This document shows positions 38,164 to 49,089 of a stretch of 57,554 nt of DNA, piece by piece. Both the position numbers and the translations under genes were made by a program. The first letter of the stretch is position 1. The number at the start of each line of letters is the position of its first letter. The notes beneath the pieces are model-generated. The model saw nothing but the letters and a program-made list of their open reading frames with translations. It was not told where the DNA came from and made no database searches. This stretch comes from an uncultured delta proteobacterium (GTDB lineage Bacteria; Desulfobacterota; Binatia; UBA9968): contig CAWFJP010000026.1 of NCBI GenBank assembly GCA_963816145.1, positions 1-57,554 of the forward strand. Reading direction: 5' to 3'.

Positions 38164-38778
38164 ATGACTGCTGTCAATAAAATCGACGTGCCGCCCGAGC
38201 ATTGGGATAAGCTATTCGCGCCAAGCGCCTGTCTAGTCATGATCACGACGGCCGACAATGACGGTCGGGTCAACGCGGCGTCTTACGGCACCTGCGTCAG
38301 AGTGTGCCATGATCCGGTGTACATCTCGTTTACCACCGGCGAAGGAAAGGACACGTATAATAATATTCTCGCCAACGGCGAGTTTGTCGTCAACGTGCCG
38401 TCCCACGAGCGGGAGATTCTCGAAAAGGTACGGGTTTGCGGCCTCGAATTTCCGCCGGGAGTGAATGAGCTTGAGAAGGCCGGGCTGACGGCGCTGCCAG
38501 CCAAAGCGGTCAAGCCGCCGCGCATCGCCGACTGCCGTAGCCACTTCGAGTGCAAAGTCGAGTGGACCAAACAGTGGCTACACCGCTTGATGGTCTGCGG
38601 CAAAGTGGTTGCCGCCTCGGTCGACGAGGACTGCATCGAAGCCAGCGGCAAGATCGTCTGGGACAAGTTGAAACCGGCGCATTACTGCGGCAACGCCTAC
38701 AAAAACGGCTTCGTCGCGTCGTACCAGCCGATGTGGATCGACATGATCTATAACCAACCGATCCCGCCGCGAACGTAG
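38164..38778 (+). CDS. flavin reductase family protein
   Basis: RBS GGAGG; MITT..DGRVNAA, KDTYNNILANGEFVVNV, VKPPRI and FECK. Confidence 0.9.
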   Translation: MTAVNKIDVPPEHWDKLFAPSACLVMITTADNDGRVNAASYGTCVRVCHDPVYISFTTGEGKDTYNNILANGEFVVNVPSHEREILEKVRVCGLEFPPGVNELEKAGLTALPAKAVKPPRIADCRSHFECKVEWTKQWLHRLMVCGKVVAASVDEDCIEASGKIVWDKLKPAHYCGNAYKNGFVASYQPMWIDMIYNQPIPPRT

Positions 38779-38790
38779 AAGAGAAAATCC

Positions 38791-38890
38791 GTTCCAATCG
38801 TTCCAAACGTTCAAGCCGTTCCAATCGTTGACGGACGAAGAATCGGATTCGGAAATTTAACCGCAAAGGGCGCAAAGAACGCAAAAAACT
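38791..38890. repeat. 9-mer GTTCCAATC tract plus AACCGCAAAG-type 9-mer tract
   Basis: GTTCCAATCGTTCCAAACGTTCAAGCCGTTCCAATCG and AACCGCAAAGGGCGCAAAGAACGCAAA. Confidence 0.7.
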
Positions 38891-38950
38891 CCGTAGGCAA
38901 TCCGCCGTTGGGCATATTCGTGGATTGGAAAAAATTCGAGAGGACCGACG

Positions 38951-39979
38951 ATGAACCAACCTGCACGCAAAGACAGTGTCGAACAGCTCGATCAGGACAT
39001 GGCGGGGAAAAATCTTTCCGGCTATTGGCGGCTCGGCATGGAGGGTCTGCCGAATCATCCCGTGACCGCCGTCCAGCCTTGTCTGTGGAAGTGGCAGGAT
39101 GTTTACCACAGCTTGGTGCGCGCTGGTGAGGTCATCAGCTTGGAGAACAGCGAGCGGCGCGTCGTGCGGCTGGTCAATCCGGGTCTCGATCGGCAACACG
39201 CTTTTGCCACGCACACAATCCAAGTCTCGTTCCAGTACGTCAAGCCCGGCGAAAACGCGCGGGCGCACCGGCACACGCCGGCGGCGTTGCGATTCGTTAT
39301 TCAGGGCAGGGACGCCTACACGACGGTCAACGGCCAGAAATGCGTTATGGAGCCGGGCGACCTGATTCTCACGCCCCAGCTCACCTGGCACGATCATTCC
39401 AACGACGGCGGAGCGCCGATCGTTTGGCTTGACGGTTTGGACTTTCCGCTGGTGACCGCTCTGCATCAGGTGATGCAGGAGCGCTTCACTGAACGACGCC
39501 AGCCGATCGAGAAGAGCAGTGAAGATGTGATGAGCAGCCTTGGCAGTTCGATCCGCCACGGTCTGCCGCTGGCGGATTTCTTCCACTACAAATGGCGCGA
39601 TACCGAACCGGCATTGCGCGAGTTGGCGAAGACGCCAGCCGCGCGAAATCGTTATGACGGCTATCTGCTCGAATACCGCAATCCGGTGAACGGCGGGTCG
39701 ACGATGACAACGATCCAGTGCGCCGTCCAACTGCTTCCAGCGAACGAAGAAACGCAATCGCACCGACACACGAGCACGGTGATGTATCATGTGTTTCGCG
39801 GCCAGGGGGCAACGCAAATCGGCGAACAGCGCTTTGAGTGGCAAAAAGGCGACACCTTTGTCGTGCCGCTCTGGTACGCGCACCGGCATATGAACTCATC
39901 GGCGGATGACGCGATTCTTTTCACCATGAGCGATGCGCCGGCGCTGAAGGCGTTGGATTTGTATCGCGAAGAGTCTTGA
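38951..39979 (+). CDS. gentisate 1,2-dioxygenase-like bicupin
   Basis: ERRVVRLVNPG, PGENARAHRHTPAALRF, WHDH, WLDGLD and HRHTST. Confidence 0.85.
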   Translation: MNQPARKDSVEQLDQDMAGKNLSGYWRLGMEGLPNHPVTAVQPCLWKWQDVYHSLVRAGEVISLENSERRVVRLVNPGLDRQHAFATHTIQVSFQYVKPGENARAHRHTPAALRFVIQGRDAYTTVNGQKCVMEPGDLILTPQLTWHDHSNDGGAPIVWLDGLDFPLVTALHQVMQERFTERRQPIEKSSEDVMSSLGSSIRHGLPLADFFHYKWRDTEPALRELAKTPAARNRYDGYLLEYRNPVNGGSTMTTIQCAVQLLPANEETQSHRHTSTVMYHVFRGQGATQIGEQRFEWQKGDTFVVPLWYAHRHMNSSADDAILFTMSDAPALKALDLYREES

Positions 39980-40971
39980 GCCGACTGGAGGTAAAGATGT
40001 TTGCTATGGCACGCACTTTTCGGCGCCGGGTCGGAATGCTGGTGAGTCTGCAAGTGATTTGCCTGGTCGCCGCGGCGCAGCCGGCGTTAGCGCTTGAAGA
40101 AGTTCTGATTTCTTACGCTGGCCCGAGCATAACGTTTCTACCGGCCGAGGTGGCGCGCCAACGGGGTTTCTTTCGCGAACAGAACCTTGAAGTCAAATTG
40201 CTGCTCACCCGCACCGAGGTCGACCGCGCGGCGCTCGCCAGCGGCAGCATTTCTTACTCTCTACGCGCTGGGTCGTCATTCGTCTCGGCGGCGCGCGGCT
40301 TGCCGGTGCGCATCGTTTATCTCGGCACCACGAAGCCGTTTTGGGGCTTGGTGGTGCGGCCGGAGATCAAGTCGGTGAGCGAACTCAAGGGCAAATCGAT
40401 GGGCGTGCCGGGCTTGCTCGGTTCGCAGCAGATTTCCGCGAAATTCATTCTGCGCCAAAATGGCCTCGACCCCGACCGGGATGTGATTTATCGCATCGTC
40501 GACACCGGCACGCGCATCGGCGCGATGCTGTCCGGCGCCATCGACTGCTCGATGATGGACTATGGCGAGGCGTTCAGGGCGAAGAAGGTCGGACTGAAGT
40601 TCCTGATCAACGCCGCCGACTACCATGGCTTGATCGCCGGCGGGCTGGGCGTCAACACGGCCCATCTGCGCGACCATGGGGATCAGGTGCGCCGGGTGAT
40701 TCGCGCGCTGCTGCAAGCGCACCGCTATCTGCGCGACAATCCGGAGGGCACGCAGCAGGCGATGATAAACTGGCTGAAGATCGACAAAGAGATGGCCGCC
40801 GACATCTACCAGATGTCGATCAATAACTACACGCGCAACGGCATGGTCGAGGAGGCGACGATGAATGCATTAGTGGGATCGATGCTCGCCGACGCCGGAA
40901 TCAAAGGCGCGACTCCGAGCCAGTTGACCGATTTCACTTTACTGCATCAGGCGCTGAAGCAGCCCCAGTGA
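39976..40971 (+). CDS. ABC substrate-binding protein, NMT1/SsuA-like
   Basis: GFFREQNLEV and ELKGKSMGV motifs; the start may be ATG 39997. Confidence 0.9.
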   Translation: MSRLEVKMFAMARTFRRRVGMLVSLQVICLVAAAQPALALEEVLISYAGPSITFLPAEVARQRGFFREQNLEVKLLLTRTEVDRAALASGSISYSLRAGSSFVSAARGLPVRIVYLGTTKPFWGLVVRPEIKSVSELKGKSMGVPGLLGSQQISAKFILRQNGLDPDRDVIYRIVDTGTRIGAMLSGAIDCSMMDYGEAFRAKKVGLKFLINAADYHGLIAGGLGVNTAHLRDHGDQVRRVIRALLQAHRYLRDNPEGTQQAMINWLKIDKEMAADIYQMSINNYTRNGMVEEATMNALVGSMLADAGIKGATPSQLTDFTLLHQALKQPQ

Positions 40972-41045
40972 TCTGTCTCCCGCGCGAAGATGCGCTATCT
41001 TTCGGCTAGCTTGCAAGCAAAGATGGCGGCGGCCCAGCAGGGCCA

Positions 41046-42283
41046 TCACTGCACGTCGTCATCTTCGACGGGCAATGTCTTTTCGCGCTCGCCGTCGAGG
41101 GTGTAGAGGTCTTGGGGCTTGCTCACGCCGCGCAGGGCGTAGCGGCCGACGGAAACCAGGAGATTTCTTCGGCTCGCCGATGGCGGATGCAAAAGCGGAC
41201 GAGACCAGCAACGGTTGATCGACGGAACGGCATAGGCCGGCGATGCGGCTCACTTCGTTGACCGCCGGCCCGACAACGGTGAAGTCGAGGCGTTCGCGGC
41301 TGCCGATGTTGCCGTAAAAGACCTCGCCGATATGAAGCCCCAAATACATATCGGTGGTCGGCAAATTCTCGCTGGCGCGCCGTCGATTGACCAGCGCCAC
41401 CGCGTTCCTGGCGTTTTCGGCGGCCGCCAGTGCGGCGTGGCAGGCGCCGGCACGGTCGTCGGCGGTAAAAATTGCCAGCGTACCGTCGCCCATCAATTTA
41501 AGCACGTCGCCGCCGCAGTCGTGGATCGCCGATAAGATCGCGTCAGCGTATTCATTCAGTAGCGGAATAATCTGCTCCGGCTCGGCTGAGTCGCTGATTC
41601 TCGTGTAATTGCGCAGATCGCTGAACCACAGAACTGCTTCGATGCGGTCGGCGACCCCGCGCCTGATGCTCCCTGCCAGTACTTTCCGTCCCGCATCGCG
41701 GCCGAGGTAAGTTTCGACCAAGCGTCCCGGCGATACGCGATAGTGATGCCGATTTCATTGCCAATGCAAATGACGGCATCAACCTCTCCAGGTCGCCGAC
41801 AGTTGGATCGTCGAAACCTCGCGGCGCGTCGGTCGCCCAGGAAGAGTACACGCAGTCCATCTCGCCGACGACACCCTCGGCGGCGAACCGGTTCGCCATT
41901 GCGATGTAGTCGGTAATCGCTTCCGTTTTGAGGTCAGCGAAGATCGGAAACTCGTGTTCGGTGGCGGCTGTCAAGCGACGCCTAAAAAGTTGTTCGCCCG
42001 AAATTTCCAAACGGTAAAATGGACTGCGTTCCCAACGATCCTCTCCCTCGTCGCTTCGACCGAACTCCGAAAGTTGTGTCTCCATCTTTTCGCGTTTCCA
42101 TGTGAAAGCGCGGCCCTGGTAAACCGGATGCAGAGTGTCGATGACCACGTTGGCGCGGGCGAGCGGTACGCCGTAGGCCAAAAGGCGTTCGCAAGCGCCG
42201 GTCAATATCGCCGACTCCGCCAATCCCGACAGCCCGGCTTCGGTGATCCACGTCACTGTTTGGTCGACTTGAGTGTCTTTCAT
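41046..42283 (-). CDS. adenylate/guanylate cyclase domain protein; frameshifts near 41720 and 41160
   Basis: Joined frames give TYLG..AG..VL.G.IRRG, WFSDLRNYT, LKLMGDG, GLHIGEVFYGNIGS..RLDFTVVGPAVNE and GRYALRGV...*. Confidence 0.85.
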
Positions 42284-42405
42284 ATGATGTTTCTATATCA
42301 TAGGCGATGCCGACGTGCCGCATGTAGCGAATGCGATAAATTCGTTTCCCTTTGCCAGGCAAATTAGGTTAAAAACTAGGTCGAAATCAACCGAGGAGCA
42401 AAACC

Positions 42406-44127
42406 ATGGAAAGCAACAAGACCGTAACCGTTCAAGTCGAAACCGTCGGCCAAGCCTATCTTGAAGTCCTGCGCGCGCGCGGGGTCAAATACTTTTTCGG
42501 CAACAGCGGCACCGACTTCGGGCCGATCATCGACGCGTTGGCACGGTTCGGCGCGGAGAAGAAAGCCCATCCGATGCCGATCACGGTGCCTCATGAATTT
42601 GTCGCGGTCAGCATGGCGCAGGGCTATGCGATGATTACCGGCGAGCCGCAGGTGGTGATGGTGCACGTCATCGTCGGCACCGGCAATGCCTCGGCGGCGG
42701 TGATGAATGCGTCACGGCTCAATGTGCCGATGTTGTTCTCCGCGGGCAGAACGCCGCTCACCGAAGAGGGGTTGCGCGGCAGCCGGAGCAACTTCATCCA
42801 CTGGGGCCAGGAGTCGTTCGATCAGGGCAGCTTGCTGCGCGAGTTCACCCGGTGGGACTATGAGCTGCGCAACGGCGATCAGGTGGAGACCGTCGTCGAT
42901 CGCGCATTGGAAATGGCGCTCGGCACGCCGCAGGGTCCGGTCTATTTGACGTTGCCGCGCGAGGTACTAGCACAAAAGATGGACTCGATCACGATTCATC
43001 CCAATCGCAAAGCCCAAGCCGAAGCGTTGCAGCCGAGCCCGGCGTCGATCAAACGCACGGCCGAACTGCTGCGCGGCGCGGTCAATCCCTTGATCATCAC
43101 CGGTCGCTTGGGCTCCGATCCGACGGCAGTGAGCGCGATGGTTTCGTTCGCCGAAGCCTTAGTGGCGCCGGTGGTGACGCCGGCGAGCCCGTTCGTCAGC
43201 ATGCCCAACACCCATGATTTTCACCTCGGCGTCAGCTCCTCGCCTTACGTCAAGGACGCCGATGTCATCGTCGTGGTCGAGTCGGACGTGCCGTGGTATC
43301 CGCAGCAGGCCAAGCCGTCGGAGAGCGCCAAGGTGATTCAGATCGCGCGCGATCCCAATTATCAAGATATTCCGATCCGAAGTTTCCCCAAGGATATTTC
43401 CATCGGCGGCGATCCGAAGCTGGCGCTGGAATTGCTGGCAGCGGAATTAAGGAATGGTTCTCGCGACGAGAAAGTCCTCGGCGAGCGCGCCGAAAAGATT
43501 CGCGCCAAGCGCAAGCAGTATCGCCAAGGCTTGCGGAAAAAAATCGACGGCGACGCGAGCCACCGGCCGATCAGCCACACCTGGCTGGCGCACTGCATCG
43601 ATCAAGTGCGCGACCGCGATACCGTGGTGCTGAGCGATCATGGCGTTGGCAGCGAAGTGCTCGGTTTGAGCGAGCCAGCGACTTACTTCGGCGGCTCGCC
43701 GGCCGGCGGCCTGGGCTGGGGCATCGGTGGCGGGTTGGGCATGAAGCTGGCGCACCCGGAAAAAACTTTTATCGTCACCGCCGGTGACGGAACTTATATG
43801 TTCAACAACCCGACCGCCTGCCATTTTGTCTCCGAGGCCTATAATTTGCCGCTGCTGACGATCATCTGCAACAATGCGATCTGGCACGCCAGCAAGGCGG
43901 CGACCCAACAGGTGATGCCCGACGGCTGGGCGGCGAGCACGGGCAATTATCCGCTGACCGAGCTGGCGCCGTCGCCGCGCTACGAAAAAGTCGTCGAGGC
44001 GCACGGCGGCTACGGCGAAATGGTCGACGACCCGCAACAAGTGCTGCCGGCGCTCAAGCGCGCGCTCAAAGTTGTCAAGGAGGAGAAACGCCAGGCGGTG
44101 CTGAATGTGATTTGCGGCAGTCATTGA
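42406..44127 (+). CDS. thiamine pyrophosphate-requiring enzyme
   Basis: GTDF, PHEFVAVSMAQGY, GPVYLTLPRE, GGLGWG and GDGTYMF..NN. Confidence 0.93.
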   Translation: MESNKTVTVQVETVGQAYLEVLRARGVKYFFGNSGTDFGPIIDALARFGAEKKAHPMPITVPHEFVAVSMAQGYAMITGEPQVVMVHVIVGTGNASAAVMNASRLNVPMLFSAGRTPLTEEGLRGSRSNFIHWGQESFDQGSLLREFTRWDYELRNGDQVETVVDRALEMALGTPQGPVYLTLPREVLAQKMDSITIHPNRKAQAEALQPSPASIKRTAELLRGAVNPLIITGRLGSDPTAVSAMVSFAEALVAPVVTPASPFVSMPNTHDFHLGVSSSPYVKDADVIVVVESDVPWYPQQAKPSESAKVIQIARDPNYQDIPIRSFPKDISIGGDPKLALELLAAELRNGSRDEKVLGERAEKIRAKRKQYRQGLRKKIDGDASHRPISHTWLAHCIDQVRDRDTVVLSDHGVGSEVLGLSEPATYFGGSPAGGLGWGIGGGLGMKLAHPEKTFIVTAGDGTYMFNNPTACHFVSEAYNLPLLTIICNNAIWHASKAATQQVMPDGWAASTGNYPLTELAPSPRYEKVVEAHGGYGEMVDDPQQVLPALKRALKVVKEEKRQAVLNVICGSH

Positions 44128-44289
44128 GAATGCTCACGGCGAGCAGTTATAAAGCCTATCGGCGACGGTTCGCATGACGACCCGGCTAATAATAAATGAA
44201 CCGTAATATCCGCGAATGGTTGAATCGATTGTTTCCGGTCAAATGACAACAATGAGTTTTTCGCCAGGCTCACAGTTATAGGAGGCCCC

Positions 44290-45093
44290 ATGGCAAAGTT
44301 GGTTATGGCGGCTGGCGTGCCGCATCCTCCCCGTCTGGTTTTTGAAATGCAGCAAGCGCCGGGAAAAACCAAAGGCGAAGCTTTGATGAAACAGGTGCGC
44401 GAGCAAGTCGAGAAGGCCGAACCTGACCTGATCATAGAGGTCGACAGCGATCATTTCGTAAATTTTTTCTATAACAATCTGCCGTCGTTCTGCGTCGGCA
44501 TGGCCGAAGAAGCGCAAGGTCCCCAAGAGACTTGGTGTCCGATGCCGCGCTACACCGTGCGCGGCCATGTGCCGCTCGCCAAGGCGCTGTTCAAGTACGG
44601 CGTCCGTGAGAAGTTCGATCTTGCCGCGGCTCATGAGCTGCGCTTGGATCACTCATTGGTCGTGCCGCTGCACTTTCTCAATCCTGAAATGCGTCTTCCG
44701 GTCGTGCCGATCTATACCAACGGTTTCGCTTCACCGTTGCCCCTGGCGACTCGCTGTCTAGCTTTGGGGCGCATGGTGCGCCGCTTCATCGACGCTTGGG
44801 AAGGCAAAGAGCGCATCGCGCTCATCGCCAGCGGCTGCTTTGCCATGGACGTCGGTGGACCGCTGCGCGGTTGGATCGACAACGAATGGGCGGAGACGAT
44901 CTCGCGGCTCATGGCGCGCGGTCAATATCCGACACTGGCACGGCGCGCCACCGAAGAACGCATCAACGCCGCCGGCAACAATAGCGGCGAGCTGCTGAAT
45001 TGGATCACTGTCGCCGGAGCGGTCGGCAAAACCAAGCCGCTGTTCTTGGAACCGGATGAAGGCAACGGTTACGCCGTGTGGAAATTCGAATAA
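44290..45093 (+). CDS. LigB-like (type II extradiol ring-cleavage dioxygenase beta subunit)
   Basis: GVPHPP, SDHFVNFF, LDHSLVVPL, LGR and ELLNWI motifs. Confidence 0.82.
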   Translation: MAKLVMAAGVPHPPRLVFEMQQAPGKTKGEALMKQVREQVEKAEPDLIIEVDSDHFVNFFYNNLPSFCVGMAEEAQGPQETWCPMPRYTVRGHVPLAKALFKYGVREKFDLAAAHELRLDHSLVVPLHFLNPEMRLPVVPIYTNGFASPLPLATRCLALGRMVRRFIDAWEGKERIALIASGCFAMDVGGPLRGWIDNEWAETISRLMARGQYPTLARRATEERINAAGNNSGELLNWITVAGAVGKTKPLFLEPDEGNGYAVWKFE

Positions 45094-45346
45094 ATTAGAC
45101 GGCAGAGAACGATGATAAGCCGCAAAGAGCTTGGTTCGACGGGCGCGCCACAGGCGCCGTACGCGAATAGAAGATCGGATGCATGGGGGCCTATGATATG
45201 CTCCCGCGAAGAACGAGAATTTATTTTGCCATGAGGGACACCAAGCGCGCGGAGGTTGGACTGTCAATCATCCGACCGTTTCATGACCGATGTGATGCAA
45301 GGTGTCCTAATGAGCGTATAGCTATTTAGATTAAGATGAGGCTGCC

Positions 45347-45661
45347 ATGAGCGTCTATCAGGTCAACAAACTGCTCTATCTCACCGACAACGATCCGGAT
45401 TTTCGCCGGCGGCTTGTGGAAGATCCCGCGGCGGTGCTTGCCGAATTTCGTCTGACCGATGAAGAGCGCGCGGCATTAACCTCGGGCTCGGTGGGGAAGC
45501 TATTTCAGATGGGTGTGCACACTTTTCTGCTCAACCATCTCTATCGCTACGAGCTTTTCGGCGTGAACCGCGACAATTATCTGGCCCGGATTCGCGAAGG
45601 GATGCCCTATGACCCGCGATTTGAGCAGGGCAATCTGCCGGTGCAGCGGTTTCTCAAGTAA
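45347..45661 (+). CDS. LigA-like aromatic ring-opening dioxygenase alpha subunit
   Basis: MSVYQVNKL...F..DP..VL.EF.LTDEERAAL..G....L...GVH. Confidence 0.78.
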   Translation: MSVYQVNKLLYLTDNDPDFRRRLVEDPAAVLAEFRLTDEERAALTSGSVGKLFQMGVHTFLLNHLYRYELFGVNRDNYLARIREGMPYDPRFEQGNLPVQRFLK

Positions 45662-45713
45662 GGAATATTGGCGCGTTCGCTCATATTGTCCGTTTAGAGA
45701 GTTCAAAATACTC

Positions 45714-46856
45714 ATGAGCTTTCTTTCGATTAGACTGCTGACAGCGATTTCATTCGCAGCTCACATTACGGTATTCGGTTTGCTGGCGGCATTGTTTGGC
45801 GAAATCGCTTCGGCCCAGACGCTTTGGCAGGCGGAGTGGGACAAGACTGTGCGCGCCGCCGAAGTCGAAGGGCAGTTGACGTTGTACGCTTGCTGTTATG
45901 ACTACGAGCGGGTTCTCGAAGGCTTCAAAAAGAAATATCCCAAACTCAAAGTTTCGACGGTGCTTAGCGGCGGCCAGCTGGCGGCGAGGATTCTCGCCGA
46001 GCGGCGCGGCGACAAGTATCTGGTGGACGTTGTCAGCTCTGGCGCCAATACATTGCACGACGCGCTCCACAAGGCGCACGCGCTCGACCCGATCAAGCCT
46101 GCGCTTATCCTTCCGGAAGTTGTCGATCAATCGAAATGGTACGACGGCGAGCACCGTTACATCGACGCGGAAAGGCGTTACATTTTCGCCTTCAACGCCA
46201 ACTCGCAGTCCGGTCAAATCACCTACAACCTCAAGCAGGTCAATCCCGGCGAATTTAAATCCCACTGGGACCTTTTGAATTCGAAGTGGAACGGCAAGCT
46301 GCTCTCCCTCGATCCGACGAGCTTCGGCATGGGGACCACGTTGCAATTTTATTACCATCATCCAGATCTTGGCCCGCCATTTCTCAAGAAACTCTATGGC
46401 GACATGCAAGTCACCATCGGACGCGACTCGCGTCAAATGACCGACTGGCTGTCAACGGGAAAGTTTCCATTGTGCCTTCGCTGCAACGCCGGCGCCGAAG
46501 TAGGGAAAGCGGTGCAACAGCAACTGCCGATCGGCTATTTCGATACCGATGAATGGAAAGAGGGCGGCAGTATCAGCGCAGCGGGCGGCACACTTGGCAT
46601 TCCGACCCGCGCGCCCCATCCCAATGCGGCCAAGGTTTTTATTAACTGGCTGCTGTCGCGCGAGGGACAGATCGCGTTGCAGAAATTGGGGCGCCCCGAC
46701 GCCCACAACTCACGGCGCATCGATATCCCCAAAGACGACGTCGATCCAACCAATCGCGTGGAGCCGGGAAAAAAGTATTTCGATCTCGCCAAGCCCGAGT
46801 ACCAAGATCTGACTCCGATCTTCAAACTGGTCAAAGAAGTGCTGCCGCCAAAATAG
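45714..46856 (+). CDS. extracellular solute-binding protein (Fe/thiamine/polyamine-type ABC SBP)
   Basis: WDKTVRAAEVEGQL, RILAERR, WDLLNSKWNGK and APHPNAAKVFINWLLSREGQ. Confidence 0.9.
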   Translation: MSFLSIRLLTAISFAAHITVFGLLAALFGEIASAQTLWQAEWDKTVRAAEVEGQLTLYACCYDYERVLEGFKKKYPKLKVSTVLSGGQLAARILAERRGDKYLVDVVSSGANTLHDALHKAHALDPIKPALILPEVVDQSKWYDGEHRYIDAERRYIFAFNANSQSGQITYNLKQVNPGEFKSHWDLLNSKWNGKLLSLDPTSFGMGTTLQFYYHHPDLGPPFLKKLYGDMQVTIGRDSRQMTDWLSTGKFPLCLRCNAGAEVGKAVQQQLPIGYFDTDEWKEGGSISAAGGTLGIPTRAPHPNAAKVFINWLLSREGQIALQKLGRPDAHNSRRIDIPKDDVDPTNRVEPGKKYFDLAKPEYQDLTPIFKLVKEVLPPK

Positions 46857-46926
46857 CTTCTCTTCACTCAGGCCCATTTGGGAAAGATCATTCCCGGCAA
46901 TCCTGACCGGCTTCGGGGTGCGCCGT

Positions 46927-46954
46927 GGAACGAAACCGGCTCTCCAGCGTCTAA
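46927..46954 (+). promoter_or_regulatory. possible ECF sigma-factor promoter
   Basis: GGAAC-N17-GTCTAA about 45 bp before the vWA gene. Confidence 0.35.
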
Positions 46955-46999
46955 GCAATATCGTAAGACTGTGCGAGCGACCGACTGGAGGTTTTGACT

Positions 47000-48747
47000 A
47001 TGTCCTATTGCCGTAAGATCGGAACGCCTTGGTACGGGGTTGTGGTGGCGGTGAGCCTCGTCCTAGTCCTCGGTTCCTGCAGCTTGGATAAGGAAATGCA
47101 GACTGCGGCGAAGCAGGAGAATGCTTCGACAGGGCAAGTCCACGACTCCAAGGCGCCGCTGCCGCAGTCCGCGCCTGGCAGGTCAAGTGCGAGCACCGAC
47201 TCGCTACGGCGTTTGCCTGAATCCGCCACGGCACGTGAAGCCGTAATGCCTCCTTATCCGTACCCCCGCCCTCCGTACTTCCCGCGTCCGCCCGTCATTC
47301 CTCCGAGTGCCGACCGTTTCCCTGACAAAGAACCGACGAGCGTGCTCAGCGCTGCTGAGCATCCGGTGTCGACCTTCAGCGTCGACGTCGACACGGCTTC
47401 GTACGCATTCATGCGGCGTAATTTGACCGGCGGCCGCATGCCGCCGCGGGAATCGGTGCGGGTCGAGGAACTGGTCAACTATTTCCCCTATGCGTACCCG
47501 GCTCCTGAGAATCGCGCGCAGCCTTTTCGCGTGACCACGACGGTGCTGCCGAGTCCGTGGGCCGTGGAGAATCAGCTCTTGCACATCGCCATCCGCGGCT
47601 ACGACATCCCGCGCAACGAGCGGCCGCGCGCCAATGTGGTTTTGTTGCTCGACACCTCGGGCTCTATGGCGCCGAGCGATCGTTTGCCGTTGTTGCAACA
47701 GGGCTTTCGGCTGTTAGTCCAGCAATTGCGCGACGACGACCGGGTCGCCATCGTCACCTACGCGGGCCAAGCCCAGACCGCTCTCGATCCGACGCGAGGA
47801 CGGGACAAGCAGAAAATTCTTGATGTGATCGACAATCTGCGGGCGTCCGGATCCACCGCCGGCGGCGAAGGCCTGCAGCGCGCCTACGCGCTCGCCGAAC
47901 GCCACTTCGATAAAGAAGCGGTGAACCGGGTGATGCTTGCCACCGACGGGGACTTCAATGTCGGCATCACCGATCCTAAGGAGCTTGAGCGTTTCATCGC
48001 GGCCAAACGCAAGACCGGAATCTATTTGTCGATCCTCGGCGTCGGCGCGGGCAATCTCAATGACGCGCTTATGCAACGGCTAGCGCAGGCCGGCAATGGC
48101 AACGCCGCATACATCGACTCCGTGCTCGAAGCGCGCAAAGCGATGAGCGAGGAACTGTCATCGACGATGTTTCCGATCGCCGATGACGTGAAGATCCAAG
48201 TGGAGTTCAATCCGGCGCGGGTCGCCGAGTACCGGCTGATCGGCTACGAGACGCGCATGCTAAAGCGCGAGGATTTCAACGAAGACAAGGTCGATGCCGG
48301 AGATATCGGCGCCGGCCATACGGTGACGGCGATTTATGAGATCACTCCGGTCGGCGCGAAGCAGCGCCAGCTCGATCCGCTGCGCTATCAGCAGGAACGC
48401 GAGCGACCGGCGGTGCCAACCACCGCGCGTCCGGATGAGCTGGCCTTCGTCAAGCTGCGTTACAAACTTCCCGGCGAATCCAACAGTCATCTTATCGAGC
48501 GGCCGGTGCGCGCGACCGACGCGCTGGCGAAGATCGATGCCGCGCCGGCCGAGCAGCGCTTCGCCGTTGCTGTTGCCGCCTTCGGCCAGCGGCTGCGCGG
48601 CGAGAATGCAGTGGATGGATTCGAGCTACGGGAGAGATTGCCGAGTTGGCTAACGGCGCTCGCGGTCCCGACCTTGAAGGCTATCGCGCTGAGTTCGTTA
48701 GGCTTGTGCGCATGGCGGAAACCTTGGGCGCGGTTGCGCAGCGGTGA
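47000..48747 (+). CDS. yfbK: YfbK-like vWA-domain lipoprotein (vWF_A + VWA + DUF3520); frameshift near 48622
   Basis: PVSTFSVDVDTASY, VRVEELVNYF, DTSGSM MIDAS, ATDGDFNVG and YRLIGYETR. The shifted frame restores GYRAEFVRLVRMA..*. Confidence 0.88.
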
Positions 48748-48848
48748 GGTAGCGAATTTAACAACCAGTGCGAGTTTGGTTGTCTTTCCCGCGCCGTGAC
48801 TGCGGGCTGCAGAAATCCATCCATCGGTGGTTTAGATGGATTTGATAT

Positions 48849-49050
48849 TGAATGACCTTCGGCTTCAAGTTGAGGTTATGAGTTGGCCGAGTAGAAGTAG
48901 ACTCTTCCTTTCGTCATTCCGGCGTAGGCCGGAATCCAGGCTTTCTTTGCCCGTGCAGTACAAGTGAAGATGGATGCCGGCCTGCGCCGGCATGACAAAT
49001 CTGCTCATTTGCTGAAGGCGACGGATTTCAGTCCACCCCCGAAAATTACA
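48849..49050 (-). repeat. R1 composite repeat copy 3 (lacks the 24-bp internal insert)
   Basis: Its reverse complement aligns with the other R1 copies. Confidence 0.88.
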
Positions 49051-49089
49051 TTAGAGACTGGTTCCACTCCGCTGTCTGAATACGTCGTA

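Noticed and set aside
8860-48630. Frameshifts near 8866, 12440, 25997, 29165, 41160, 41720 and 48622 as pseudogenes or programmed frameshifts
   Set aside because: Each is a single-base indel with intact sequence on both sides, no decay and no shared slippery motif. Long-read consensus error is the simplest explanation.
48813-48843. Rho-independent terminator AAATCCATC...GATGGATTT after the vWA gene
   Set aside because: The stem is AT-rich with a long loop and a weak U tract, so support is insufficient.
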